From assembly GCA_030693325.1 (NCBI GenBank), contig JAUYAV010000011.1, positions 109,603-173,602 of the forward strand: a stretch of 64,000 nucleotides of DNA, written 5' to 3'. Both the position numbers and the translations under genes were made by a program. Source of the DNA: a bacterium (GTDB lineage: Bacteria; Patescibacteriota; Minisyncoccia; UBA6257; MFKM01). The notes beneath the pieces are model-generated. The model had not been told where the DNA came from and ran no database searches. It was given only the letters and a program-made list of their open reading frames with translations. Below, piece by piece: positions 41,869 to 51,783 of this stretch; positions within the stretch are counted from its first letter, which is position 1; the number at the start of each line of letters is the position of its first letter.

Positions 41869-44547
41869 TTATATTTTTGCCTGCCCCGCAGACTCCAACG
41901 CCATGTCGGAATCCTTCGAGGATTTTATTTTAAAATACCATTTTGTGATTTCAATTAAAACCATATTTATCATCCCCAATCCCAAAAGCAGCATCCAGTC
42001 GAAAAGATTTAAGGGCACGGTTTTTAATAAATTTTGGAAGAAAGGAAAATAAATGGCCAAAATCAACATCCCAATACTGAAAATCATACAGCCGACCAAA
42101 TATAAATTGGAAAATGGGTTGTACTGCCAAATATTTTTTCTTAAATTTTTACAGGAGAAAGCGTAAAAAACGGAATCAATGGCTAAAGCGGCAAAAATTA
42201 TGGTTCGGATTTCAGCTAATGGTACTCTACGACTCAAAAGCCATAAAAATACCCCCAGGAGAATAAAGCTAGTAAAGATGCCGAAACCAAAAATTATTGT
42301 CTTCATCTGACGGGTTAAAAGCGGAAGGTTTGGGTGTTCCGGTTTTCTCCCCATAACAGCTTCCTCTTTCGGTTCAAAGGCCAAAGCAATCCCTTGAGGG
42401 CTACCCTCAATTAAATTCTCCCACAAAATTTGAGTGGGAAGAATCGGCAAAGGCAATCCCGCGATAATACTCGCGCCGATTAAAATTATTTCAGAAAAAC
42501 ATTGAGAAACCAACAAAGTGGCCGTCTTTCTTATATTATCAATAATCACCCGGCCTTCTTCAACCGCGGCGACGATGATTGAAAAATTATCGGTTAAAAG
42601 AATTAAATCAGAGGCCCCTTTTGCCACATCCGTCCCAGAGCCGAGAGCCACCCCAATGTCGGCTTTTTTAAGAGCCGGAGCGTCATTTATTCCATCGCCG
42701 GTCATAGCTACCACTTCTCCCATTTCCTGCCAGGCCTTAACAATTCTTAATTTCTGAGCCGGTTCCACTCGGGCGTAAATTTCAATCTCTTTTAATCTCC
42801 TTTTAAACTCTTCCTCGCTTAATTTTTCCAATTCGCTTCCTTCAATAATATTTTTCTCCTCCGTGGAAAATCCCAGTTCCTCCGCGATCGCTTTAGCGGT
42901 TAACTTGTGGTCGCCCGTTACGATAATCGGCCTCATTCCGGCTTTTCGGCAAATCTTAATCGCCTCTTTGACTTCTTTCCGAATTGGGTCATGAAGAGTA
43001 ATAAAAGCCACGAAGGTCATTTCCTGAAAATCGGAATCTTGGATATTACTGCCGGACGCCGGCAACATTTTATAAGCGCATCCCAAAACACGGGAACCGC
43101 GGGAAGCCAGTTCGTCAATTTTTTGCGAAAGCTGTGATGATTTCGCTTCCGCCAATTTTGACATTTTTAAAATTATTTCCGGCGCTCCCAAAATATATAA
43201 AACATTGGCTTCGTTTGAATAATGATGAAGGGCTGCCGAATATTTATAAACCGGGTCAAAAAAAACCTCGTCAAGTTTTGGCTGTTTTTCTTCAAGCTCT
43301 TTTTTTGAAAATCCGGCCTGAATGCCCGCCAAAAGCAAAGATTTCTCCATCGGCCTCCCCCGAATAATCCATCTATGAAGTTCATCTTCCGGATTTTCAA
43401 TAAAGGCCTCGGTGCAAAACATTCCGATTTTTAAAGCCAAAATATGGGACTCGGAACCGTTTTTGTTAATTGTTTCCGAAAATTTTTTGCCATCGCTGAA
43501 AAGTTCTTTACTCTCGGTAAAAATCCCCGCCACCTGCATTTTCGCTTCGGTAAGAGTGCCGGTTTTGTCGGTACAAATAACCGAAGTGCTGCCCAAGGTT
43601 TCAGCCGCGACCATTTTTCTGACCAAGCCCCGCTTTTTTAAAATTCTTTGCATTCCGATGGCTAAAATAACAGTGACTGCCACCGGCAAGCCCTGGGGAA
43701 TAGCCGCCACGGCTACGGCCACGGCCGTCAAAAACATCTCAAATACTTCTCGGCCAACCGCGAGTCCTAAAACAAAGATTAAAAGCGAGAGAAAAACTAT
43801 AGAAATTCCGATGATTTTGCTTAAATGAATTACTTTTTTCTGATAAGGCGTTTTTTCTTCTTTAGCTCCCCTGATCATTTCCGCCACCTTGCCGATTTCC
43901 GTTTTTAATCCGGTTTCGGTTACTATTACTTTTCCCCTGCCGTCTTCGATCACGCAGCCCATAAAGACCATATTGTCCCGGTCAGCCAATGGCGTTTTCT
44001 CCGGCAAAACTTCGATAATTTTTTCGGACGGAAACCATTCCCCAGTCAAAGGGGCTTCGTTGATTTTTAAATTAAAAGATTCAATCAATCTTCCGTCAGC
44101 CGGAATCTTGTTTCCCGGATATAATAAGATAATGTCGCCCGGCGCTAATTCTTCCTGGCCAATTTCTTTTTCATCGCCGTCTCTGATGACATAGGCCTTG
44201 ATTTTTGTTAATTTTTTTAGTTCCGATAAAATTTTTGAAGTTTTATTCTCTTGAAAAAATCCAAAAATGGTATTTAAAAAAACCGCGCCGAAAATAACAA
44301 CGGCATCGGTAAACTCTCTCAAAACTAAAGTAATAATGCCAGCGATGACTAAAATATAAATTAATGGGCTTTTTAATTGCTCCAAAAATATTTTTAGTTT
44401 AGATAAGGGCTTTTCTTCCGGAAGGTTATTGAAGCCGAATTCCTTCTGCCTGATTTTTACTTCTTCTTCCGATAAACCAAAACGTGGGTCGCTTCTAAAA
44501 TTTTTAACAACCTCGTCAACTGAAAGAGTATGCCAATTTTTTATCAT
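41869..44547 (-). CDS. P-type (P2, Ca2+-like) cation-transporting ATPase
   Basis: LTGE, DKTGTLT, TGD and TGDGINDAPALK. Confidence 0.93.
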   Translation of the reverse strand: MIKNWHTLSVDEVVKNFRSDPRFGLSEEEVKIRQKEFGFNNLPEEKPLSKLKIFLEQLKSPLIYILVIAGIITLVLREFTDAVVIFGAVFLNTIFGFFQENKTSKILSELKKLTKIKAYVIRDGDEKEIGQEELAPGDIILLYPGNKIPADGRLIESFNLKINEAPLTGEWFPSEKIIEVLPEKTPLADRDNMVFMGCVIEDGRGKVIVTETGLKTEIGKVAEMIRGAKEEKTPYQKKVIHLSKIIGISIVFLSLLIFVLGLAVGREVFEMFLTAVAVAVAAIPQGLPVAVTVILAIGMQRILKKRGLVRKMVAAETLGSTSVICTDKTGTLTEAKMQVAGIFTESKELFSDGKKFSETINKNGSESHILALKIGMFCTEAFIENPEDELHRWIIRGRPMEKSLLLAGIQAGFSKKELEEKQPKLDEVFFDPVYKYSAALHHYSNEANVLYILGAPEIILKMSKLAEAKSSQLSQKIDELASRGSRVLGCAYKMLPASGSNIQDSDFQEMTFVAFITLHDPIRKEVKEAIKICRKAGMRPIIVTGDHKLTAKAIAEELGFSTEEKNIIEGSELEKLSEEEFKRRLKEIEIYARVEPAQKLRIVKAWQEMGEVVAMTGDGINDAPALKKADIGVALGSGTDVAKGASDLILLTDNFSIIVAAVEEGRVIIDNIRKTATLLVSQCFSEIILIGASIIAGLPLPILPTQILWENLIEGSPQGIALAFEPKEEAVMGRKPEHPNLPLLTRQMKTIIFGFGIFTSFILLGVFLWLLSRRVPLAEIRTIIFAALAIDSVFYAFSCKNLRKNIWQYNPFSNLYLVGCMIFSIGMLILAIYFPFFQNLLKTVPLNLFDWMLLLGLGMINMVLIEITKWYFKIKSSKDSDMALESAGQAKI

Positions 44548-45449
44548 TTCTTATTCTTATGATGCCATATATACAAAAGAGGGCTGGCGATAAAAATTGA
44601 AGAATAGGTGCCGACAATAATTCCCAGCATCAAAGTCAGCATGAAATATTTCAGGGAAAGCGGCCCGATTAAATAAAGGGGCAATATCGCTAAAACTGTC
44701 GTCAAAGAAGTAATGACCGAGCGGCTGAAAGTTTGCATGACGGCTGAATTAATCACGCCGCCGAAATCAAAATTTCCTTTGTTGTGGGTCAAAAACAAAT
44801 TTTCCCTTATCCGGTCAAAAACAACGATGGTGTCATTAATCGAATAGCCTAAAATAAACATAAGAGCAACGATAAAATTAGTATCTATCTCTACGCCCTG
44901 GCGCCAACCCAAAAAAGCCATTACGCCAAAAGGAACAATAACGTCGTGGAAAGCGCAAAAGATGACAATAAATCCGTATTTCCAGGCTTTAACCGGATAG
45001 GAAACCCTTCTAAAAGCCCAAGCTATGTAAAGCAGGACGCTTAATAATCCGAGAGCAAATGCCCAAATAAATTTTTGTCTCAATTCCTGGCCGATGGTCG
45101 GACCGATGCTTTCAAAACTTTGTTCCCCGACTTCCCCGAACTTTTCTTTCAATGCTTGATAATATTTTTGATGATCCTCCTCGGAAATGCTCGGAAATCT
45201 TACAATGAAATTCCCGTCGGGCAAAGATTTGACCATCAAATCGGAATAGCCCGATATTTCTCCCAAAGCCGATTTTAAATCGCCGCCCCTGACTGCTTGA
45301 TTTTGTATCTGAATCTGCCAATTAGTGCCGCCAACCAAATCAATCCCCTGCTTAACGCCGAAAAAGAAAAAGGCGAAAATACTGGCCGAAATCAAAATGC
45401 CGGAAAAGATGAAAAAAATATTGCGATATTTAATAATGTCTATTTTCAT
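44544..45449 (-). CDS. secF: Protein translocase subunit SecF
   Basis: GIDLVGG, IGPTIG and GYSINDTIVVFDRIRE. Confidence 0.95.
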   Translation of the reverse strand: MKIDIIKYRNIFFIFSGILISASIFAFFFFGVKQGIDLVGGTNWQIQIQNQAVRGGDLKSALGEISGYSDLMVKSLPDGNFIVRFPSISEEDHQKYYQALKEKFGEVGEQSFESIGPTIGQELRQKFIWAFALGLLSVLLYIAWAFRRVSYPVKAWKYGFIVIFCAFHDVIVPFGVMAFLGWRQGVEIDTNFIVALMFILGYSINDTIVVFDRIRENLFLTHNKGNFDFGGVINSAVMQTFSRSVITSLTTVLAILPLYLIGPLSLKYFMLTLMLGIIVGTYSSIFIASPLLYIWHHKNKK

Positions 45450-46756
45450 TTATTTTTTGGTTCCTTCACAAATATCTCCAATAACGACTTGGTGACCGTG
45501 ATGGCCGAAAACATGCTCATCAAAACGCCGATAAAAAGCGTCAGGGCGAATCCTTTGACAAAACTGGTTGTAAAATAAAACAGAATCACGGCGATAATGA
45601 TAGTTGTGATATTGGAATCTCTGATGGACGGCCAGGCGCGGCGGAATCCTTCTTCAACCGCCGCTCTTTTTGATAGACCCTTTTTCAATTCTTCTTTCAT
45701 CCTGGCAAAAATCAGAACATTGGCGTCAACCGCCATTCCGATTGAAAGGATGAAGCCGGCGATGCCCGCCAAAGTCAAAGTTACGGGGATAACTTTGAAA
45801 ATACCCAAAGTCAAAACCGCGTAAATTATCAGCGCCAACGAAGATACCAATCCGAGACCCCGGTAAAACCCAATCATAAGCAAAATCACCAAAATAAAGC
45901 CGATAAGGCCGCTTAAAATTGTTTTATTCAAAGAATCAAAACCCAAGCTGGCGCCAATGGTCTGCTGGCTTAACAATTTAATAGGCGCGGGCAGGGCGCC
46001 GGCGTTAAACCTCTCCACTAATTTTCGGGCGGAATCAGGAGTAAAATTTCCGGAAATCTGGGCTTTGCCACCGCTGATTTTTTCTTTAACAGTCGGCATC
46101 TCAATGGGCTGATTATCCAAAAAAATTGCCAGGGGTTTGCCGATATTCCGGCCGGTCAAATCTTCAAAAATTTTCGCGCCTTCGTCAGTAAAGGTAATAT
46201 CAACCACGGGTTTGCCTAAATTATCAAAATTCACCTGAGCGCTTTTGACATAGCGGCCGGTTAAAGTGGTGGGAATAAATTTATAATTTGAATCTTCGCC
46301 GGCAAATTGTCCGGTGCTGGTCGCGGTTGCGGCTACCGGCTGTATTTCCACTTCACGAAAATCCAAAAGCGGCGTCTCGCCGATCATTTTAATGGCTTGA
46401 TTAATGTCTTTGATGCCGGCCAACTCCACGATTAAGCGCTGGTCTGCTCCGGCTTTGGCGATATAAATCTGCGGCTCGCTAACACCAAAAAGATTAACCC
46501 TTTTTTCAATGACGTCCCGCAACCCGTTCACCACCGAATCCCGGTCCGTGGCCGCCACTTGAGCTAAATCAATGTTGTAAGTCAAAATACTGCCGCCCAC
46601 CAAATCCAGGCCCAGGCGCCAATCGCGGCTGAAAACCGGAGGCAAGTGGATTTTAGAAACCACCTTTGACCAAACCGGTTGATAATCAAAAAATCCGGCT
46701 ACAATCGCCAGTAAGATTATGAATATAACGTATGTCGGAAATTTATTTTTCTTCAT
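45446..46756 (-). CDS. secD: Protein translocase subunit SecD
   Basis: LGLDLVGG, RVNLFGVSEP, AGALPAP and GMAVDANVLIF. Confidence 0.95.
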   Translation of the reverse strand: MKKNKFPTYVIFIILLAIVAGFFDYQPVWSKVVSKIHLPPVFSRDWRLGLDLVGGSILTYNIDLAQVAATDRDSVVNGLRDVIEKRVNLFGVSEPQIYIAKAGADQRLIVELAGIKDINQAIKMIGETPLLDFREVEIQPVAATATSTGQFAGEDSNYKFIPTTLTGRYVKSAQVNFDNLGKPVVDITFTDEGAKIFEDLTGRNIGKPLAIFLDNQPIEMPTVKEKISGGKAQISGNFTPDSARKLVERFNAGALPAPIKLLSQQTIGASLGFDSLNKTILSGLIGFILVILLMIGFYRGLGLVSSLALIIYAVLTLGIFKVIPVTLTLAGIAGFILSIGMAVDANVLIFARMKEELKKGLSKRAAVEEGFRRAWPSIRDSNITTIIIAVILFYFTTSFVKGFALTLFIGVLMSMFSAITVTKSLLEIFVKEPKNK

Positions 46757-46851
46757 TGTCTAAAATTAATTATCGCGCAGGTTAAGTATTTATTATCTAT
46801 AGTTAGAGATTAAGAGTCAAGCAACTTAATAAAGATAATTTTTCCGCCGAC

Positions 46852-46879
46852 TTGACAAAATAATTTAATTTGTTATAAT
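46852..46879 (+). promoter_or_regulatory. Consensus sigma70 promoter
   Basis: TTGACA-16 bp-(TGt)TATAAT. Confidence 0.75.
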
Positions 46880-46998
46880 GATAATATTAATTAAAGGACT
46901 TTCGGTTGGCCAACTGAAAGCAGTAAACAAAACGAGGGCTGTCCTTATAGAACTGCGGCCCTCAATAATGTTCTTTAACAACAGCAAAAGGAGATAAG

Positions 46999-47385
46999 AT
47001 GTTAAAAAAGAGAAGTCGTGCAAAGAGAATTTGCAGATGGAGAGAAAAAGAGAAAAATTGTAAGACGGTGAAAAAATGTAAAACGATTTTAACGTCTTAT
47101 AATAAGGAACCTTATTGCTTCGCGCATCAAAAAAAAGCGTTGATGGATGAAGCAATGAAAACCAATTTTAAATTGCTGAAAGAATCAAAAAAATTTGCGC
47201 AAATCAGCAGTTGGGTAGAAGATTGGAAAAAATTAAGGCATTTTAAGCAAACACCTCCAACTCTTTTGCTTTGCCAGAGGAAAAATAAAAGCAAGCAATG
47301 CATTGAATATGCTGTTTTTGCCAAAACATCAGAAAAAGGCGTTGAGCTTAAAAAACTGAAATTGGCAAAAAAGATACAATTCTAA
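46999..47385 (+). CDS. Basic hypothetical protein with a possible Cys/His zinc site
   Basis: ICRW...NC...KC...YCFAH; has its own promoter, SD and terminator. Confidence 0.6.
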   Translation: MLKKRSRAKRICRWREKEKNCKTVKKCKTILTSYNKEPYCFAHQKKALMDEAMKTNFKLLKESKKFAQISSWVEDWKKLRHFKQTPPTLLLCQRKNKSKQCIEYAVFAKTSEKGVELKKLKLAKKIQF

Positions 47386-47521
47386 AAAACTACGGACTAT
47401 TGGTTGGCCAGCCGATAGTTCATAAACAAAACCCCGCTTCTATTTAATAATTAGAGCGGGGTTTTTTAATTTCTGTTTTAATTTAAAATTCGCCTTTTAT
47501 GTCAAAATTACACTACTATTG

Positions 47522-47594
47522 TGCGCCCAGAGGGATTCGAACCCCCGACCATCTCCTTAAAAGGGAGCTGCTCTACCAACTGAGCTATGGGCGC
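47522..47594 (-). tRNA. tRNA-Lys(TTT)
   Basis: Reverse complement reads gcgcccatagctcagttggtagagcagctcc-ctTTTaa-ggagatggtcgggggttcgaatccctctgggcgca. Confidence 0.93.
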
Positions 47595-47649
47595 ATGAGC
47601 TACGGACGAATTTTTATATTATACACTACCGTTTTAATTTTCAAAATAT

Positions 47650-47695
47650 AATTTACTATTGTAATTCTGCGATCGTGGAATTACAATAGTAAATT
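47650..47695. repeat. 46-bp palindrome, copy 3 of 3 (two G-T wobble variants)
   Basis: aatttactattgtaattctgcga|tcgtggaattacaatagtaaatt. Confidence 0.92.
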
Positions 47696-47786
47696 GTTTT
47701 CATCCGGTTCTGCTTGGTTTTCCTTACCAACAAACAAAAATAGTTTGAAGTATTGATTTTTTATAGATATTTTCGAGATGAAGCTT

Positions 47787-48269
47787 TCATAGTTCCATTC
47801 TTAAGGTTTCCGGCAAATATTTATTCTTTGGATATTTTTTTATTCCAGCTTTAACAAATCCGCATTTCTCGTAAGCTTTGATGGCTCTTAAATTCGTGGG
47901 GCGAACCTCAAGAAAAATTTTTGAAATGCCGAGTTGTTCCGCTTTTTTTATAAGTATTTGAATAGTTTTTGTGCCATAACCTTTATTCCAATATTTTTTC
48001 TCTCCGATAACGATTTGGGTCTCATGCCATTTATTATTTCTTTTTACCAACGAAATATGGCCGATAGCTTTTTTATTTAAAGTTAATATAAAGTTGTAAT
48101 CGGTTTTACTATTTAAAATATTCAGAAAATATTTTTCCACTTTTTTGTCCGAGATTGAATCTAAAATACCGCTTGTTAATTTAAGCAGTTCCTTATTTCT
48201 CCACCATTTTGCGAAATATTTTTTATCTGTTTTTTTAATTTTTCTTAAAAAGAATTTGGGCATATACAA
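47787..48269 (-). CDS. GNAT N-acetyltransferase (RimJ/RimL-like)
   Basis: YWNKGYGT and NLRAIKAYEKCGF. Confidence 0.85.
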   Translation of the reverse strand: MYMPKFFLRKIKKTDKKYFAKWWRNKELLKLTSGILDSISDKKVEKYFLNILNSKTDYNFILTLNKKAIGHISLVKRNNKWHETQIVIGEKKYWNKGYGTKTIQILIKKAEQLGISKIFLEVRPTNLRAIKAYEKCGFVKAGIKKYPKNKYLPETLRMEL

Positions 48270-48429
48270 TTATTATATAAGTTTTTTCACGATATTTTTG
48301 AATATTTTTTTACTATGGATAGCTATGTTTTACAATTTATATTGTGGGAATATGGTTTTTAATTTTGTTTCAATGAAAAACAAATCAACTATCCCTTCCA
48401 TTTGTTTATAATTCAATTTTAATTTTACT

Positions 48430-48717
48430 CTACTCGCCTTTACGATTAGACTCGTATTCAATTTTTTCAATCATGCCGTGGGGAATATATAAAAAAGTAG
48501 CCTTTCTTTTTTTCTGCTCGCGTGAGTCCCTTTTTCTGTCATCCACAGTGATAGTGCGCGGATTCTGTACTATCACCCATTCCGCACCTTCTTTAAATAG
48601 AATACCCTCTGTTACTTTACGCGTTGGTTTCAGTTCTAATTTTTGAGGCACTGATGAAGCAGAATAAATAACCGCGTCTATCCAATGCACTTTCACATTC
48701 TTTAATTTATTCTCCAT
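48430..48717 (-). CDS. Small beta-barrel (Sm/SH3-like) hypothetical protein
   Basis: VKVHWIDA...TEGIL...YIPHGMIEKI; paralog of the next ORF. Confidence 0.6.
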   Translation of the reverse strand: MENKLKNVKVHWIDAVIYSASSVPQKLELKPTRKVTEGILFKEGAEWVIVQNPRTITVDDRKRDSREQKKRKATFLYIPHGMIEKIEYESNRKGE

Positions 48718-49006
48718 GGAGTAATCCTATCCTTTTAAACTTCACGACTGTTTTTTGAGGAATTACAAGTCCATCAATTGGCCAAATAGTGTCATCTGTT
48801 TCATCATAGCTGACGTTCATTGCTATGTTCATATGATCGTCTGTTGCCACCATCACGAATCCTACCGCAAGCTGGGCGTGTGGTAATTCGTCCGGTAATT
48901 TTTCCTCATAGGAATAAGCTGCGTCATGCCACCACACCGCGCACACGGGCGGATTCTTTTTCGGTTTTTTGGATTTTTCACTTGAAAAACTTAATTGCTT
49001 TTCCAT
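48707..49006 (-). CDS. Small beta-barrel (Sm/SH3-like) hypothetical protein
   Basis: CAVWWHDA...AVGFV...VIPQKTVVKF. Confidence 0.6.
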   Translation of the reverse strand: MEKQLSFSSEKSKKPKKNPPVCAVWWHDAAYSYEEKLPDELPHAQLAVGFVMVATDDHMNIAMNVSYDETDDTIWPIDGLVIPQKTVVKFKRIGLLHGE

Positions 49007-49092
49007 GTATTAAATAATAAACTTTGCGCCATTGAAAAGCAAAAGGAGGATTGTTTTCACAACCCTCCTTGTCAATCAATGAACTTTATTAC

Positions 49093-49260
49093 TTATTTGC
49101 CGGAATCTCCACCGTCATTATCTCCGTGACGATTTTCCGGAACTCCTTGGTCTTTTGCCTCCGCCGCATCGTTACGAGCCGTATGAAACGCTTCGCTCGT
49201 CTTTTTCATACTATCGCCCGTTTCTCTTGCGGTATCTTTCTCTGTCCACTTATTAGCCAT
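49093..49260 (-). CDS. 55-aa hydrophilic small protein
   Basis: MANKWTEKDTARETGDSMKKTSEAFHTARNDAAEAKDQGVPENRHGDNDGGDSGK*; strong SD GAGGAGGTGA and a downstream hairpin; not in the ORF track. Confidence 0.75.
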   Translation of the reverse strand: MANKWTEKDTARETGDSMKKTSEAFHTARNDAAEAKDQGVPENRHGDNDGGDSGK

Positions 49261-49283
49261 TTCCCTCACCTCCTCGTTGTTTT

Positions 49284-49844
49284 TTATTTCAGTTTATTCA
49301 GGAATTCTGATATTCTCGGGATGTTCTCTCTGAACAGAGCATAACGGATTACATCATACCTCGCGCCGTTAAACAGTCGTTGCTTTTTGAATTTACCTTC
49401 CTCTATAAAACCTCCTCTTAGAGCGGCTGAAATAGCCTCTCGGTTGTATTCATACATTTCCATATAAATTTTGAAAAGCTTAAACTTTTCAAAAAGATAC
49501 ATCAGGAAAAGCGCGTCTGCTTCAGCGCCATATCCTCTTTTACGAAATCCATCGGCAATGAAAGTGGTGATAAACGCATATCCATCAACGCGTTTGTAAT
49601 CATAGGAATAAATCGTACCGATAGGCTCGCCGTCGAATTTTCGCTCAATCATAAACTGAAGATGCCTATCTCGTTCAAAATCCCTTTTAAGCTCCGCAAC
49701 AAATTCATTGCAATTCGTTGCGCTTCTTCTATGAGAGCAATTCTGAAGAAATTGTTGATCATTTCTCCACTTAAAAAGCGTAGCTGCGTTATTGCTTGTT
49801 AATGGACGCAATTTAATATGACGAGTTTCAAGAGAATAATCCAT
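49284..49844 (-). CDS. GNAT N-acetyltransferase (RimJ/RimL-like)
   Basis: FRKRGYGAE and GFIEEG; SD AGGAGG before the ATG at 49844. Confidence 0.85.
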   Translation of the reverse strand: MDYSLETRHIKLRPLTSNNAATLFKWRNDQQFLQNCSHRRSATNCNEFVAELKRDFERDRHLQFMIERKFDGEPIGTIYSYDYKRVDGYAFITTFIADGFRKRGYGAEADALFLMYLFEKFKLFKIYMEMYEYNREAISAALRGGFIEEGKFKKQRLFNGARYDVIRYALFRENIPRISEFLNKLK

Positions 49845-49995
49845 CTGATTGCCTCCTTTCTTTTTCAATTTTTAATGTTCAATCCAATATTTATACTGAT
49901 ACTAATATCTAATAAATGAATTATTTTGTCAAATTTATATTCAATCCTCAACCTTTTAAAATCGGTCAGAGATTCCGAATTTCCCGTTATTTTAT

Positions 49996-51783
49996 CTATC
50001 TGTTTTTCAAGATAGTGAAAAAGGCCTCCTGCGGAATATCCACTGTTCCGATTCTTTTCAGTTTCTCTTTGCCGGCTTTTTGTTTTTTCCAAAGTTTTTG
50101 TTTGCGCGTTCTGTCGCCACCGTGCAGTTTGGCGATTACATTTTTTTTCATCGCCGGCACGGTTTCGCGGCTGATAATCTGGGCGCCGACAGTCGCCTGA
50201 ATGGCAATTTCAAACATCTGCCGCGGAATTACTTTTTTCAATTCAATGGCCAATCTTTTTCCTTCGGAAGAAATTTCGTCCTTGGGAATTATAAATGACA
50301 TCGCCTCAACTCTTTTTCCGGCAATCACAATATCCATTTTTACTAAATCGCCGCAACGGTAATCAATAAAATAATAGTTCAAAGAAGCATAGCCGGCGCT
50401 TATATTTTTCAAGCCGTTGTAAAAATTATCCAAAAAAGAAGACAGCGGCATTTCATAAAACAGAATCACCTCTTCGGCCAGATAATCGGTTTTTTTGTAA
50501 ATGCCCCGGAAATTTTTAACCAAATCCATTATCGGGCTGAGATATTTAACCGGAGAAAATATTTCCAAGCTTACCCAGGGTTCCTGAATTTCTTTTATTT
50601 CTCCGGCATCGGGAAATTCTTGGGGCGAATGAATAAATTTTTCTTTATCGTCATTTAAAACCACTTTGTAAGAAACGCTGGGCGCGGTGATAATCAAATT
50701 CAGATTATATTCCCTTTCCAATCTTTCCTTGATTATTTCCATGTGAAGCATCCCCAGAAATCCGCAGCGGAAACCGAAACCCAAATCGGAAAAAACTTCC
50801 GACTTGAAAGTGAAAGCGGCGTCGTTTAAAGACAATTTTTCCAAGGCCTCTTTGAATTTCAGATAATCGCTGGCGTCAACGCAGTAAAAACTGGCGAAAA
50901 CCATCGGCTGGGGTTCTTTATATCCTTTGAGCGGCTCAACCTTGGGTTCGGAAATTTTGGAAACAGTGTCGCCCACCCGGCAATCCCGAATGCCTTTAAA
51001 ACCGGTGATAATATAACCCGCCTCACCAGCTGATAAATTTTCTTTCGGAAAAAAATCCGGTTTGAAAATCCCGACATCCAAAACCGTGGAAATTTCGCCG
51101 GTGCCCAAAAGTTTTATTTCCTCGCCTTTTTTTATTTGGCCGTCAAAAATTCTGACAAAAGCGATGACGCCGCGGTGCCGGTCAAAAAGAGAATCAAAAA
51201 CCAAAGCCCGCAAAGGCTTATCGACGTCTCCGACCGGCGCCGGAATTTTTCTGACAATCGCTTCCAAAACTTTTTCAACATTAATTCCTGATTTGGCGGA
51301 AATAAAAATCACTTCCTTTTCTTCCACGCCGACCAGTTCCGCTAATTCCCGTCCGACTTTTTCCAATTGAGCATTGGGTAAATCTATTTTGTTGACCACC
51401 GGAATAATCACCAAGCCCTCATGTTTGGCTAAATAATAATTCGCCAGGGTCTGCGCTTGGATTCCCTGGGTGGCGTCGCAAAGCAAAATCGCGCCTTCGC
51501 AGGCATTTAAACTTCGGGAAACCTCATAAGAAAAATCAACGTGGCCGGGAGTATCCACCAAATTCAAAATATATTTCAAACCTTCAAATTCAAAATCCAT
51601 CCGGCAAGGATGGAGCTTGATGGTTATCCCCCGCTCTCGTTCCAAAGACATCCGGTCAAGATATTGCGCCTGCTGCAATTTTTCTTTAGATATGGTTTTG
51701 GTTATTTCCAAAAACCGGTCCGCCAAAGTGGACTTCCCGTGGTCTATGTGGGCCACGATGCAAAAATTTCTGATGTTTTTCAT
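49996..51783 (-). CDS. lepA: Elongation factor 4
   Basis: IRNFCIVAHIDHGKSTLADR, DTPGHVDF, GFRCGFLGMLH and GGDRTRKQKL. Confidence 0.97.
   Translation of the reverse strand: MKNIRNFCIVAHIDHGKSTLADRFLEITKTISKEKLQQAQYLDRMSLERERGITIKLHPCRMDFEFEGLKYILNLVDTPGHVDFSYEVSRSLNACEGAILLCDATQGIQAQTLANYYLAKHEGLVIIPVVNKIDLPNAQLEKVGRELAELVGVEEKEVIFISAKSGINVEKVLEAIVRKIPAPVGDVDKPLRALVFDSLFDRHRGVIAFVRIFDGQIKKGEEIKLLGTGEISTVLDVGIFKPDFFPKENLSAGEAGYIITGFKGIRDCRVGDTVSKISEPKVEPLKGYKEPQPMVFASFYCVDASDYLKFKEALEKLSLNDAAFTFKSEVFSDLGFGFRCGFLGMLHMEIIKERLEREYNLNLIITAPSVSYKVVLNDDKEKFIHSPQEFPDAGEIKEIQEPWVSLEIFSPVKYLSPIMDLVKNFRGIYKKTDYLAEEVILFYEMPLSSFLDNFYNGLKNISAGYASLNYYFIDYRCGDLVKMDIVIAGKRVEAMSFIIPKDEISSEGKRLAIELKKVIPRQMFEIAIQATVGAQIISRETVPAMKKNVIAKLHGGDRTRKQKLWKKQKAGKEKLKRIGTVDIPQEAFFTILKNR

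Noticed and set aside
16159-47695. The three palindromes as CRISPR repeats
   Set aside because: They are 14-17 kb apart with no spacer array and no cas genes in the window
49865-50092. 75-aa ORF overlapping the lepA 3' end
   Set aside because: An alternate-frame overlap with no motif; probably spurious
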